A stretch of DNA of 63,482 bases, counting the filler, from Hyphochytrium catenoides (Eukaryota; Protista; Hyphochytriomycota), in assembly GCA_900088475.1 (NCBI GenBank). It is 9 parts of 9 records of this genome, joined end to end, with 100 filler letters (N's around TTAATTAATTAA, not from the genome) between each part and the next. Parts side by side here need not be neighbours in the genome. Positions count along the whole stretch, not along the records: positions 1 to 31,001 come from FLMG01001519.1; 8 more parts are not named here. One strand, 5' to 3'. How positions within the stretch are numbered: position 1 is the stretch's first letter; each line of letters begins with the position of its first letter. A program made the translations under genes and the position numbers. The notes under the pieces were generated by a model. It saw only the letters and a list, made by a program, of their open reading frames with translations. It was not told where the DNA came from and did no database searches. This document shows positions 1 to 12,449 of this stretch, in pieces.

Positions 1-659
1 TGCACCGTTTAGCGTGACAGAGTCAAGTATGAAAGGAGAGACAGAATACGGAGAGGTAGGTAGTACGTCAAGACAGAGCGTTGTAGAAGAGAGACAGAGC
101 GACGGGACAGAACATGTTAGGGGACAGCCATAAAGTTCTGAGGAGTCTGTCTGAAACGGTTAGTGTTCCCCCTCCAAAGGGGGCCAAGCGAACGGAGTGT
201 ACATACACTCGACAACAACAACTACAAATGGTGCGTACCTTCGGCTACCTAGGTATCCATTTGCCCCATCCCCGTGTTAACCTTAAACCACGGTACTCAC
301 CACCTATGAGACCAAGGATCCTCAGACGATTAAGGGTCAATCCCACACTTTCCCCAGGATCTTATGTGTGGGGGACCCAGAGTTTCCCCTCGTCCTCAAC
401 ACAAAAAAGTACTCGTAGGTTTGGTACTTTGGTATCAAATCAGCAGCCATATCTCTCAATGCGGGTTGCATATCTCCTCAGGGAGCTAAACCTCTATCTT
501 ATTGTACCAAATGCCTCCTCTAGCTTGTCCCTTAGACAGCTCTGTCTCGTAGGTTGAAGTTGGTGGAAAATAAGTTCAGAAGGGCCAGCAGGAGGGCGGG
601 TGGGCGGTACATACAGGCCAAGGCGGGCATTCTCTGTAGGAAGCAGAGATTCTCTTTAC

Positions 660-886
660 CTCACCTCTCTCTCTCTCTCGCTTCTCTTCCCTCTGTCTCA
701 CTCCTCTCACTTCTGTCTCTCACTCTGTCTTCCTTGTTTCCATCTCTTTCTCTCCATCCTCTCTCTCTTTCCTTTCCCTTTCTGTCATCTCTCTCTCTCT
801 TTCTCTCCCTCTCGCTCTTTCTCTTCCGCCTCTCGCTCTTTCTTCTCTCCATGTCGCTCTCCCTTTTCTCTCTCTCTCTCCCTCTT

Positions 887-917
<31 letters not shown>

Positions 918-1708
918 TAGGAATATCCACCATTTCCTACCTTTGGAAGATGGTTCTTTCCTGCGCCTGCATCTTGGAACCGCCATCGCCTGGATTCTCT
1001 GGTCTCTCTCCCTCGTCAGGTCCCTGCGCACGTGTGGCTGCTGCGGCATCTGCTCGAACCTCATGGAACATCACGCTTCCCATTGGCCCGATGGACGTCA
1101 TCTCCTTCGCTCAGGGACGCGTTGCGGCTCCCAATGTATTTTCCTCCCATCTACATGGCTGGCCTCTGTCTACCATCATCATCGGTCGTCTTATCGTCAG
1201 CAGCTGCCGGCCACAGACCTTCAGTTTATCCGCTGCCGCCAGCCATGCTTCTCTCTCTTCTCGGAGCGTCCAATGCTGGAGCTTTGGGTTCAGTGAGAGC
1301 ACCGGAGGCAGTCGACGGACAAATCATGACGAGGCCAAAACCTTTCATTAGCAAGTTCTGCCTCTCTCTCTCTCCCTCTCTCTCTCCCTCTCTCTCTCTC
1401 TCTCTCGCTCTCTCTCTTAATGTATCTCCCTTTTCTCTCTGTCTCTCTCTCTGTCTCTCTCTCTGTCTCCGCTTGGCTGCCTGGACTTAGCAGAAGAAGA
1501 GCGGGCTGTCCGACATCATCGCTCTCCGTCGTCTTCTTTCTTGGGACGCTTTGCATTTCTCGCTCTCTTCTCATGAATAGTTCTAGATTGACGCTCCACC
1601 ACCTTTTCCTACCAGCACCCAACCTGCTCGCCGACCACGCTCGTTTTTTTCCCTCTCAAACTCGTTCTCTCTTTCTCTCTCTCTCCCTCTCTTTCTTTTG
1701 TGCTCTCA

Positions 1709-1764
<56 letters not shown>

Positions 1765-1900
1765 TGTCTCTCTACTTTTTATCCTTAGCCGTCAACCCAG
1801 CATCCTCTTTCCCTTCTGTCTATCTCTCTCTCTGTCTTTACTCTCTCCCTCTCTCTCTCCCCCTCTCTCTTCTTTCTCTCTCTCTCTCTCTCTCTCTCAG
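660..1900. repeat. (CT)n-rich microsatellite / low-complexity tracts
   Basis: Long imperfect CT runs at about 660-918, 1361-1468 and 1665-1898. Similar tracts at 8680-9250, 15345-15440, 29860-30060, 43190-43360, 54950-55900, 56277-57450, 59280-59370 and 60500-62323. Confidence 0.95.
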
Positions 1901-2371
1901 TTTAGGTCTTTTTGGCGGTCTGCTGGCTGTGCATGAGAGTCTCTCACTAACGGTCAAGTATCTCCTCTGTTGATTGTTCTCATCTTCTTGTTCCTATGAA
2001 GAAGTCACAAAGAAGTAGGAGACGAAGCTTCTTGCGCTCAAGTCAGAGCCGCGTTATCCGCTCACTTATCTATAAGAGAGAGAGAGAGAAAAAAACTCTT
2101 TCTGAGCTCTGACCACTGGACACTGAATAAAACACATAATAAACCGACAGAGAAAAGGCTTTCTCTCTCCTCTCATCTCGGCCTCGTCTCTTCTTTCTCT
2201 CTCTCTCTCCCTCTCTCTTGTCTGCACCTCATTTTCTAATCTTCCACCTCCTGCTCACGTTAACCACCTAGTAGACCAACCAGGAAGATTTAGATGACAA
2301 AGAGGTTGACCACAATCTCCTTCTTAGCTCTATAAAATCACCATCGATCTCCATCTGCCTGGGCTTCTGCG

Positions 2372-5300
2372 ATGCTATTGTCTCCCTCTTCTCTTTCCTC
2401 CTCGCTTTGTTCCCAAGCGTCTCCTCTTTCCTCTGCGTCGTCCTCCTCTCGTCGCAACTCTCCTCTGTCGTCTGGCGCTGAAGGCAATGAAGGCCGCCTC
2501 TCTCAAGTGAAGAAGAATGCAACCCAAGAAGACAGTGCCTCTGTCAGTCTCTTCCCTTCGTCCTCGCTCTTTGCTTCCAATCAGGACTTGGACTCTTATC
2601 GAGCTATCCCCTTCACAACTGCTGGAGAAGAAGGAGAGACGGAATATGATGCCGGAAGGAGGAGAGAGACAAGAGGAGCAGACGTAGAAGACCACAGCGT
2701 CTCTACTGTCGGACCTTCTTCCTCCTCCTCTTCCCGATCAGGCGCAGTCAACATCGCTAGCCTTGGCGCTATCCCGTCGTTGAGTTCTCTGCCCCGCCAT
2801 CCTACGGCGCTGGCTTCTGAGCCCTCTGCTGAGGGAAGCAGAAAGCGAGAAAGCAGTGCAGCTTCTCAGTCGTCGTCTTCTCTCCCACATCGGAGCTCTT
2901 TCCAGAGCCAGAGAGCCGTCGCCGCTGCTCGCAGCTCTTTCCATGGATCTTTCCACGAGCATCTGCAGGACTGTGACTATCTAGGAGGATATGTCGGAGG
3001 AGATCTCTTCTATGGAACCAAGCCGTCTCCTAGTCCAACGTCCTCTCCTTTTCCTGGGCTAGAAGACGTTACCAAGCGCGTGGAGAGGAATAGTAAGAAG
3101 AAGATAGGGTTGAGAGAAGAGAGGTTCTCCAGCAACGCAGCAGAGAGAGTTCTCCTAGAGACAGGAGACGATGAAGCTCTTACGAGTCACTACTACGCAG
3201 CGGTGGAGGAGGGCAGCGCGGAGGGAAGCCCTGGAAGAGAGAGGAGTACGTCCAAGACCCTCTCGCCCACTAGCACTCTCTCTCAACTGGAAGAAGAAGA
3301 GAAGAAGATCCCGTCTGCCCATGTGTGGCACACGCTGGACCCTGAGACGGCGGCTCTTGAGCTCTCGACTGATCTGCAGACAGGCTTACCTTCGGCAGAA
3401 GTGGAGAGAAGGCAAGAAACCTACGGTCCTAATGCCTTAGAGAACGAGAAGCCTCCCGGACTGCTGACGATCTTCTTCATGCAGTTCTGCAACCTCATCA
3501 TTCTGCTCCTGGCCGCAGCTTCTGTGGCCGCCTTTGGGATTGGCCACACAGCGGAAGGGGCGGCCATTCTCTTTATTATCCTTCTCAACTGCTCCATAGC
3601 CACAGCGCAGGAGAGACACGCAGGAAACGCCCTCGCATCTCTCGCAAAGCTCTCTTCTACGCTGTGCGTAGTGCTGAGAGATGGCGTGAAGATGTCTGTG
3701 GACACTGAGAGCCTCGTGCCTGGAGATGTGGTCCTTCTAGTGGCCGGAGACATTGTCCCTGCAGATCTTTTACTCATCTCTGCTGCTGATCTGCTAGTCA
3801 ATGAGATGGTGCTGACAGGAGAGTCCACAGATGTGCGAAAGTCGACTGTCAGAAGGGACGGCAAGGGGAAGAAGAAAGCAGACAAAGACGCTTCTTCCAC
3901 AAAGCTGCTCCCGCCTAACATGTGCTTCTCTAGCACCATCGTGGCAGAGGGAAACGCCAGGGCTCTAGTGGTGGAGACCGGCATGCGCACCAAAGTCGGG
4001 AAGATTGCTGCCCTTCTCAAAGGAGAATCAAGCAGTAGCACCAGGGGAGCCCATCCTTCTTCGGAGGCAGAGAGAAAGAAGAGAAGGCACTTTCGACTGA
4101 TCCGGAACTGTTGGGCACGGTTCTTGAGGCCTTTCCAAGAGGCGAAGAAGAAGGAGACACCTCTGCAGCGCGGCCTGCACAAGCTGGGCGTTATTATCGG
4201 CGTCGGGGCAATCATTCTCGCCGTTGTTGTCTTCGTTGTGGGCCTTCTACGCGGTACTCGAGACCCTCAGAATCCTGACTCTCCCGTAGCCTTTACAATG
4301 CTCATGATCTCTGTAGCAGTGGCTGTCTCTGCCATCCCTGCAGGCCTTCCTATGGTGGTGATCATCTGTCTCACGGCGGGGACCGTGGAGATGGTCAAGA
4401 GACACGTGATTGTTAGGCGTTTGGCTGCGGTGGAAGTGTTGGGCTCTGCCAGCATTATCAACACGGACAAGACGGGGACGCTGACGCAAGGCAAGATGAC
4501 TGCGGTTAAGCTGTGGGCAGACTTTCAGGCCTTTGACGTCACCGGGAAAGGCTACACTCCTGAGGGAGACATTCTTGTCGAAGGGGAGTCGCAACTGGTG
4601 GAGGACCAAGAAGGGAAGAAGAAGCTGGGCCATCAACTGCTAGAGAGAATGTTGACAATGGCCGTGCTGTGTAGCAACACTTCCTTAGTGCGAGACAAGG
4701 AGGAGAAAGAAGAGATGCCACCATCGCGAGGAGGAGAACAGAAGGCGGCAGCAGAAGGGGCAGGAGAAGAAGAGGCAGGCGATGGCCCATGGAACTGCAT
4801 AGGAAACACAAGCGAAGCTCCTTTGATCGTCTGTGCAGCCAAGGCAGGGATCTGGTCTCGGGACGTCTCTCAACAAAATCCGCGCGTCGCTGAGATCCCC
4901 TTCTCCAGCAAACGCAAACTCATGGCCACTGTGCATTCCTTCTCCTCCCAGAAGATGACTGCTACCAACCATGACGGATCATCGGTATTGCGGCCTTTGG
5001 CATCTTCTGGAGACGAAGGAGCCAAGCTCTTGGCGGTGGTCAAAGGTGCGCCAGGCAGACTCTTAGAGAAATGCACCAGGTATCTCACCTCAGATGGACG
5101 GATTGTGCCTCTTTCTCCTTCGCACAAGGCTGAGATACTGCGGTTCATTGAAGAGATGTCCAGCGAGGCCCTCAGAGTGCTTGCTGTGGCCTTTCGGCCG
5201 CTCCACAGGCTGCCCTGGGAAAGCAAAGAGCGAGAAGACACGACGATGGCAGGAGGAGAGGAGCCACTGAGCGCCGATGACAAGGCGGATCTGATTGCTG

Positions 5301-6628
5301 AGGACCTCGTTATGGCGGGAATGTTTGCTTCCATTGATCCTGAGCGGGATGGCGTCAAAGAAGCCGTAGAAGTAGCTAGGGAGGCTGGGGTGCGGACAAT
5401 CATGATCACCGGCGACTACATAGCAACTGCGGTGGCCATCGCGAAGAAGATTCACATCTTCCCGGATGAGATAAGAGATCCAATGGGAGAGGGAGCTGCC
5501 AGAGATTGTTCCAGTCTCTCTTCTGACGGTGAGTATCTTCCCGACGAGGAGATTGATGAGATCACAAGGAGTTGCTATGTCTTCGCTAGGGCGACACCGG
5601 AGGACAAGCTCGTCATCGTGCAGTCTTTGAGACGTCAGGGATTTGTCTCTGCCATGACGGGAGATGGTGTGAATGATGCCCCAGCACTGAACGAGGCAGA
5701 TATCGGCTGCGCCATGGGGATCACAGGGACAGAGGTGGCTAAAGGAGCAGCCGATATGATCCTGACGGACGATAATTTTGTCAGCATCGTAGGGGCGATC
5801 GAACGAGGAAGAATCATCTATCAGAATATCCAGAAGTTCGTCATCTTCCTTCTCTCAACCAACTTGGCAGAAGTCCTTCTCATCCTTGTCGCCACAGCTA
5901 TTGGCATGCCCATCCCACTGGAGCCTCTGCAGCTTCTCTCTCTTAATCTTCTCTCTGACGGACTGCCCGCTGTGGCGCTGAGTATGGAGAAGGGAGAGCC
6001 CACGGTGATGAAGGCAAAGCCGCGGCCGAAAAATCAATACATCATCCATGGCAAGCTGTGGATCAGCCTCCTTCTTAATGCAATGGCGATTCTTCTCTCT
6101 ACCTTCATGGTCTATGCGGTGACTCTTTACCTCGCAGGAGGCCACATCGTGCAAGATGAGCTCTTGGACTTTGACCAGATTGAAGATCCAACCTACAGCC
6201 CCGTCTGCAGGCGCTTCACGGCCTCGGACGGATGGGTGGACGTGGCCGGGTCGCCCGACAGTGGTCCTTCCATCGAGAAGATTGAGCCTAACTGCGCTCA
6301 GACGGCGGTGCAGATGGCGCGGACGGCAACCTTCATCAGTATCACCGTGGCGGAGGTATTCAGAGCGTTCACTGTGAGATTCTTCACGCGTCCAGTATGG
6401 TACAAGTTCACTGAGAATAGGTACTTGCACGGGGCGGCGCTGGCTTCCTTTGCTATCACGGCTCTGCTGGTGAACACTCCGGGGATCATGGACGTCTTCA
6501 ACTTTCACTATCTAGAGCTCTGGCAGTGGCTCTTTGCATTGTCAGGCAGCGTACTGACGCTCGTCCTTGCTGAGGTGATCAAGGCCGTGCTGCTGCGCTT
6601 GATCGGCGATCCCAGTATCAGCACGTAG
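2372..6628 (+). CDS. P-type (type II) cation-transporting ATPase, ATP4/ENA-like putative Na+-ATPase; intronless, long Ser-rich N-terminal extension
   Basis: 1418-aa ORF with LTGES (A domain), DKTGTLTQGKM (phosphorylation site), KGAP, MITGD and TGDGVNDAPAL. TM segments RDP..IPAGLPMVV, LNLLSDGLPAVAL and EVFRAFTVR resemble apicomplexan ATP4 as I recall it. Confidence 0.92.
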   Translation: MLLSPSSLSSSLCSQASPLSSASSSSRRNSPLSSGAEGNEGRLSQVKKNATQEDSASVSLFPSSSLFASNQDLDSYRAIPFTTAGEEGETEYDAGRRRETRGADVEDHSVSTVGPSSSSSSRSGAVNIASLGAIPSLSSLPRHPTALASEPSAEGSRKRESSAASQSSSSLPHRSSFQSQRAVAAARSSFHGSFHEHLQDCDYLGGYVGGDLFYGTKPSPSPTSSPFPGLEDVTKRVERNSKKKIGLREERFSSNAAERVLLETGDDEALTSHYYAAVEEGSAEGSPGRERSTSKTLSPTSTLSQLEEEEKKIPSAHVWHTLDPETAALELSTDLQTGLPSAEVERRQETYGPNALENEKPPGLLTIFFMQFCNLIILLLAAASVAAFGIGHTAEGAAILFIILLNCSIATAQERHAGNALASLAKLSSTLCVVLRDGVKMSVDTESLVPGDVVLLVAGDIVPADLLLISAADLLVNEMVLTGESTDVRKSTVRRDGKGKKKADKDASSTKLLPPNMCFSSTIVAEGNARALVVETGMRTKVGKIAALLKGESSSSTRGAHPSSEAERKKRRHFRLIRNCWARFLRPFQEAKKKETPLQRGLHKLGVIIGVGAIILAVVVFVVGLLRGTRDPQNPDSPVAFTMLMISVAVAVSAIPAGLPMVVIICLTAGTVEMVKRHVIVRRLAAVEVLGSASIINTDKTGTLTQGKMTAVKLWADFQAFDVTGKGYTPEGDILVEGESQLVEDQEGKKKLGHQLLERMLTMAVLCSNTSLVRDKEEKEEMPPSRGGEQKAAAEGAGEEEAGDGPWNCIGNTSEAPLIVCAAKAGIWSRDVSQQNPRVAEIPFSSKRKLMATVHSFSSQKMTATNHDGSSVLRPLASSGDEGAKLLAVVKGAPGRLLEKCTRYLTSDGRIVPLSPSHKAEILRFIEEMSSEALRVLAVAFRPLHRLPWESKEREDTTMAGGEEPLSADDKADLIAEDLVMAGMFASIDPERDGVKEAVEVAREAGVRTIMITGDYIATAVAIAKKIHIFPDEIRDPMGEGAARDCSSLSSDGEYLPDEEIDEITRSCYVFARATPEDKLVIVQSLRRQGFVSAMTGDGVNDAPALNEADIGCAMGITGTEVAKGAADMILTDDNFVSIVGAIERGRIIYQNIQKFVIFLLSTNLAEVLLILVATAIGMPIPLEPLQLLSLNLLSDGLPAVALSMEKGEPTVMKAKPRPKNQYIIHGKLWISLLLNAMAILLSTFMVYAVTLYLAGGHIVQDELLDFDQIEDPTYSPVCRRFTASDGWVDVAGSPDSGPSIEKIEPNCAQTAVQMARTATFISITVAEVFRAFTVRFFTRPVWYKFTENRYLHGAALASFAITALLVNTPGIMDVFNFHYLELWQWLFALSGSVLTLVLAEVIKAVLLRLIGDPSIST

Positions 6629-9020
6629 TTCCCCTACAGCCCACCTTCTAGCAGAGAGACAACCCTCATCCGCCTTTACATTTGGCTGCTTGTTTGTGGG
6701 GCTCAGGCAGTCACCATGAGAGAACGAACAAGCTGGAACAGATGTCGCCTGGTCGCTTGTGGTCTTTGATGTCAAGCAGCGTATTTCTTTGCCGTTTTTC
6801 CTCTGCGTCTGTGTGCCTGGGGCCTTCTTCTGGTCGTGGTGGTTTGCTCCGAGGAGAGATAGTTGTCTAACTTAGTAGCAGTGTCGTGCATAACTAGAAA
6901 TAGAAGAAAACAACGCGGACTCACTCTTGCTATCCTCTTCTCACTTGTCTTCTTCCTGCTTCTTCTCTCAGTCTGCTCCCGACTGTGGCTCCTGCTCCCT
7001 GCTAATGCAATCTTCGTGGTCTCTCCCCTCTCACGCTGCTCCCTCAACTTCAAGATTTCATGTTCCTGTTTATGTGGGCGTGCTGCTCTTCCATCTTCTC
7101 CCGTTGCATGACTGATCTGGCGCCCTCTCTCTATCCTGCCCTCCTACTGGGCGCTTTCTTTGGCTTACTTCTTCCCATCCTCGTCCCTGGTTCGCCAAAC
7201 AGCAGCGCTCTCTCTCGCCTCTCCTCGGACCGCGTTGTTAAGAGTAGATACTAATGAAAGCACAGAGCCCACCTTCCTTGGTTTGTCCCTAGGCGGTAGA
7301 ATCGTTAGGAACTTAACAGCTAGGTCACTGGGACAGGACGGAGGAGGAAAAGGCTTCTCTGGGCAGAGTCCGCATGCACCAATCGAAAGATAACGGGGAT
7401 GTTACATCTTATACGTTGTTGCTACTGCTTCCGGGTCTTGTCCTCGCTCTCAGACAGGAGAAGTTGGGCTTCTGTCCATGAGAACAGCACATAAACAATA
7501 AACTGCAGGCGTCAGTCTCTCTCTCTCTCTCTCTGATCGTCCGCCTACTATTAGCCTTGCCCCTAGTCTCTGTGCTCTGAGAAGGAACCTCCTTGCAGGA
7601 GGACTGCTCTTTATTTACTACGCTGCTAGTATAAAGGAACTCGATGTGTCACGACCAGACCTCCATTATCCCCAAGACTCAGTTGTCCTCCCTCTGTCTG
7701 GTGGCTGGCCGCAATATTTTAGCATCTCTCCCGTTCTGTCTCTCTCCTGCCCCTCTGTCCTCCCTTCCTGTCCATCGTCGGCAGCCATAGAGCCTCTCAA
7801 CATTCGGGAGAGCTTCCAATCACTCTTGTCCCGCCCTAGCATGCATCGACGTAGGGCGGGCAGGGACGTCGTGCAGAAGGTGCGAAAAAGCACGAAGAGC
7901 GAAGAGAAAGGATGTAGCTGTAGCAGCAGACCAAAGACACCCATTGTCACGCCCAAAGGCGTACTAGCTCTATAACATTTACAAGGGAAGAAGAAAGAGA
8001 AAGAATGTAAACGCTACTTGCTCATGACCTTCACCCTCTGTCTTTTGCTCAAAATCCTCAGTGTTACCTACTGCTCTCAGTCCTGCAGGTGCTAGGCCTC
8101 AGCCTTCCAGTCAAGATGTGTCCAGCAGGAGAGACAAGGAAATTTTTGATGTTGATGCAGTTCTAGTCATCTGCAGGAGCAGCTACTGAGTGAGGTTGCT
8201 GTTCCTTCTTTAAGATGACATAGCCTCCTTCCCTGTCCTACGAACAGGGTTTTTGCCGAATTGCAGACAGTAGAGTTCCCTCTGTCTACCGACAGAAAAG
8301 AGCTGCTTTCCCAGCTTCCCCTAGAGCTGTGACAGACAAAGAGTAGCATGCACGATCAGAAGGAGGAGCTTTATTCCCCTTTGTCCCAAGAGGAGCTACA
8401 CTGCTAGCTCCTTGTCGTGGCAGCAGCTAGCGGTACAGCGGCAGGAGGAGATGGTGGTGCACCTCTGCTTTGAAGGGGAGCTTCAACTTCCTTGGCTGCT
8501 CATCAGTCAAGAGTCTTCTGTCGTCTCTGGATGACAGAACTACCCCGTTCCCTCATCTGTTGCCTGTCTATCCTGCCGCTTTAGCTCTCTATTTTGTGCT
8601 CTCTGTCCCTTCGGCGGTTCAAGTTTATTCTTCTGTCTCACCTCTCCCTCTGGACCTCTCTGTCTCTGTTTGTCTGATTCTCTCTCCCTCTCCCTCTCTT
8701 CTCTCGCACTCTCTCTGTCTGTTCCTCTCTCTCTTTTCTCTCTCTCTCTTCTCATGGACATTAGAGAGGAAGAGAAGGATGCCTTGCGCTTCGAGAAAGA
8801 TGGGACAATCTGATGATGGATACTTTTCAGGACACTAATTGTTTCCCATACTTTCCATTTAACAAAGCCTTAAGCACTTGAGGCAAAATACGAATATTCC
8901 GTAGAAACAATTGGGCAGTTATTCTGCCTGCACTGACCACTTTTGCTCCTCTCCTCCCGACTGTGCGAGCCCCTTATCACTCTTCCTCCTCTCTTTCCCT
9001 CTCTCTTTCTCTCTCCCTCC

Positions 9021-9051
<31 letters not shown>

Positions 9052-10311
9052 GCTCTCGCTCTGTCTCTCTTCTTGCCCTTTTCCAAGCCCTTGCTAGGAT
9101 GATAATAGATACGGCCATCAGGAGGTGCACTAGCCGCCAGCAGCTCAACCCAATTGCAGGTGTAGGTATGGACTGAACACCTCTGACCAGCGCTTCCTGG
9201 CTCCTCCACTCTCTCACTCTCTCTCTCTCATCTCACTTTCTCTCCTATACTCTTTCTCTATTAGCACTTCCTTCTCCATCAAGCGGGGATGTATGTCAAG
9301 GGTGTAGATGGGCGATGACTCGCTGAAAAATAGAAATGCACTGCGACCAAAGGACATGGGTAAAACGTCTGTCAATGGCAACATGGATTAGATCTCCTGC
9401 ATAGAGAGCACGGAGAGGAGTGAGCAACGGCATCCTTGTTGGAGAGCATCCTCCTTTTCCTGTCTGTACTGTCCAGCGTACGCAGCACTGTCGTGAGCAG
9501 CCGGAGGACAAGCCAAAATATAAGTTAAGACATACAAGGATTCAGTCCGGCTCGTCCGTTACAAGCATGTGCATAGCTAGAGCCTGCACTCCTATGCCTT
9601 AGAGACTTGAATGTCATTCTTCTGTTCCGGTGACTAGGAGTGACTGCCTCCTGGCACATAAACATCAAACAAGAGAGGCGCCCGACAGAGAGCGGAGAGG
9701 TGACGGTCTGTAGCCCTGAAGCTCCTCCTCTATCTGACCTTCTCTTGAACGCTCTGGCAACATGCTGAGCGCACTGTTGAGCAAGGCTACAATGTGACTG
9801 TCGCCGGACAAGCAGGAGCCAAGGAAGGCTCGTAGGCCCAACGCTACAGCGTCAAACACGTGCTACTATACTTCTTATCCGGGATCCTCTTTCCCTCGGA
9901 GCTCTCTTTCCTCTCTTCTCCTCTCCGCCTTCGCCTGTGAACATCCTTCCATCAGGTAACTTTGAAGTCGAAGAAGGCGTCCGAAGAAGGGAGAAAGAGA
10001 CAGTTACCCTTCTTCCCTTCGCTTCCTCCTTTGACCTCAAAGGGGACGTATCTTCAAGGTTGATTGCCAACCTTGAGGTACAATCATACATCATGGGCGA
10101 TGAGAGAGGAGCTGCCCAGTAATGAAGTCCCTTACGACAGTTTTCTATTTGACGGCCAGCAGTCACGTCTCACGCCACAGTGAGAGAGACAAAGAGGATT
10201 CGACCTTTTATAAAAGCTATACCTTCTCTATTCCTCGGCTTTATAGTAACAGCGAGAAAGAAGACGTTTTGTCTCAAACTGATACTCTCCAGTCGAGGAA
10301 GGGCTGCTGCC

Positions 10312-11226
10312 ATGACCTTGGACTGTGCTTATAACTCTATGTGCAACGGTCATCAGCAGCAAGGAAGCTCCCTGGTGACCGCTGAGTATTCAGGCGGTGC
10401 ATCCCGGCGCCACAGTCCTTTTCCAAGCTTTAGAAAGCCTGACAGAAGAGAGCAATGTGTGAGACGACAAGAAACCTTATCGCCAAGCCCTGAACGGACT
10501 CTAAGAAGAGAGATGTCCAAGCGGCCGCCCCCACCTTCAAAAGCAGAACCCAAATGGGGCACCGTGGGAAGAAAAGCTAGAGAAGGGCCGAAACGCTTGG
10601 CTCTTCCTCGTCTAGAAACCTTGCCAGCTGCAGGTGCCAGTTCGCCGCCCGCTGCCTTACCCTCTTCTCAACAAGCAGCCAGCGCTGCAGGCGGCGTACT
10701 GCCTTGCGGAGTAACAGGATGTGGCCAACCCTCTCTCGGCTCTGAAGGTGTCTGCGAAGCCCACCATGCTGCCTCCTCCTCTCCTCAAAGCTCTAGTACC
10801 AAAGGAAAACATCCGCGATGCAGACAAGAAGGTTGCAAGAAGCAGGCCGTCAGAGGAGGAGTCTGCATATCTCACGGCGCTGTTGTCAAGTACAATCGCT
10901 GCAAGACGCCCGGCTGTCAGAAGTACGCCCGATCACAAGGCGTTTGCGTCCAACATGGAGCAAAGAGCCCGCGTTGTCGCGTGGAAGGGTGTATGAAGCA
11001 AGCCGTCCAAAAGGGCATCTGTATCGGACATGGCGCGCGTGTGAGCTATAAGCGCTGCGCCATCAGCGGCTGCCATGCCCACGCTAACAACACTATAGGC
11101 TTGTGCGGGAAACATCAGACACCGGACCGCTATGTGCAGTGCGGAGTGACGGATTGTCCACGGTATGCGAAGATTAATGGTCGCTGTTTGGAGCACCAGA
11201 AGCAACTGTTCAGTCCGGGAGCCTAA
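10312..11226 (+). CDS. Cys/His zinc-finger repeat protein (WRKY19-like C-x4-C...C-x2-HG repeats)
   Basis: About six tandem repeats such as CRQEGCKKQAVRGGVCISHG, CKTPGCQKYARSQGVCVQHG and CRVEGCMKQAVQKGICIGHG. Start codon uncertain. Confidence 0.8.
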   Translation: MTLDCAYNSMCNGHQQQGSSLVTAEYSGGASRRHSPFPSFRKPDRREQCVRRQETLSPSPERTLRREMSKRPPPPSKAEPKWGTVGRKAREGPKRLALPRLETLPAAGASSPPAALPSSQQAASAAGGVLPCGVTGCGQPSLGSEGVCEAHHAASSSPQSSSTKGKHPRCRQEGCKKQAVRGGVCISHGAVVKYNRCKTPGCQKYARSQGVCVQHGAKSPRCRVEGCMKQAVQKGICIGHGARVSYKRCAISGCHAHANNTIGLCGKHQTPDRYVQCGVTDCPRYAKINGRCLEHQKQLFSPGA

Positions 11227-12449
11227 GGAACTACTATTTCAGAGGCCATAGCCTTTATGGTCCAGGTTCTTTGTTAGCTGGCACCCATTGCCATTTGTTC
11301 ATATTGCAATGACGGGCAACGCGGCGGCGTATGTCACGATCTCCCCATCATGGAAGGGAGGGGAAGAGGAGAGGCTAGTATGTCCCTGTGCTCTACCGCC
11401 ACCTTCCACTGTTTTCTAGATGATTGGGATATTGTTACCTACTAGACCGTTGATGCGCCCGCTGCTCCCTGCTGCATATATGGCATGCGACAGGGAGTAA
11501 ACTTATATATAAGCGTTTTACTAGCACTGCTGATTTTAAATAAACAGAGTGAGCCTATTCTCCCATGAAACTTCTTCTCATATCAAATTCTCGGGGTCTG
11601 AAGCGAGGGCTCATATCAGAAGCCGTTGGTCGCTTCCCTTAGTACCCTGGAGGACCCGGAAGGCGGTCAGCGCCGAAGGGGCGGGCTGGGGAACGGCAGC
11701 GGCGGTGGTCGAGCAGGCAATAATACTCGAGAAAAGAAAGAGAAGTAGGACTCCTGGTGTCAGCAGGCAGAATGGCGGCAGCCCGCAGCACGCAGCTAGC
11801 AGTAACAGCGTTATCATGTCCAAGCCGCGCCGCAGGCAGGCGGCGGCTACCCTGACCTGACCTGAGCTGCACTGACTCTCGAGCTCTTGTGACGAAGGTT
11901 CGTAACATCACAGCATGTCCCTTCGCTCATGGAAGGTTATCGAATATACACTCGAACTAGTTATCAGAAAGAGATTATCAAGTTCGGATGCCGAGAGACA
12001 CAGCCGTTACTCGTCACAGTACATCAGAGAATCTCTGTCTTGTCTGGAAAGGGCAGGAAGCAAGAAGCTTGTTGATCCATGATAATAGGGATCCTTGCAC
12101 AGTGGTAGAGAGTAGTCCTCGAGTTAGTAGACTGATGACAACCAGTGCACTCCCAGCTGGGCTCAACAGAGGGCTCAGAATGTCAATCATACGTCGTAGA
12201 AGTATAGCAAGGAGAGAGGGAACCAGCAAGGAGGGATCGAGGCTTTGAACTACAGCGGCTATCGTTTTAAGATCCAAGAGCTAGAATTCGCCATTGAGGC
12301 GCACTTGCCTAGAAAAGAAAAGGGCGCTATCAAGCCTTTGAGCCATCAGGACGGCCACATATTCATGCCTTTACGTCCTTTGGCGGTCAACTGACTAGGA
12401 CACAAGCGGAGGACTTGCCTGCATTTACTTTGCTAAACGTGGTGGTATC

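Noticed and set aside
114-557. ORF with VRTFGYLGIHL resembling a non-LTR reverse-transcriptase F-x-YLG motif
   Set aside because: One short motif only, with no YxDD or other RT support; too weak to call.
554-1973. Many ORFs rich in SL/ER dipeptides (also at 8470-9217, 15250-15837, 55679-57487, 58790-62236)
   Set aside because: They are translations of (CT)/(GA) microsatellites.
3421-6508. Long antisense ORFs within the ATPase (also within the transposase, PAP and aminotransferase)
   Set aside because: Shadow frames of real genes with no motifs of their own.
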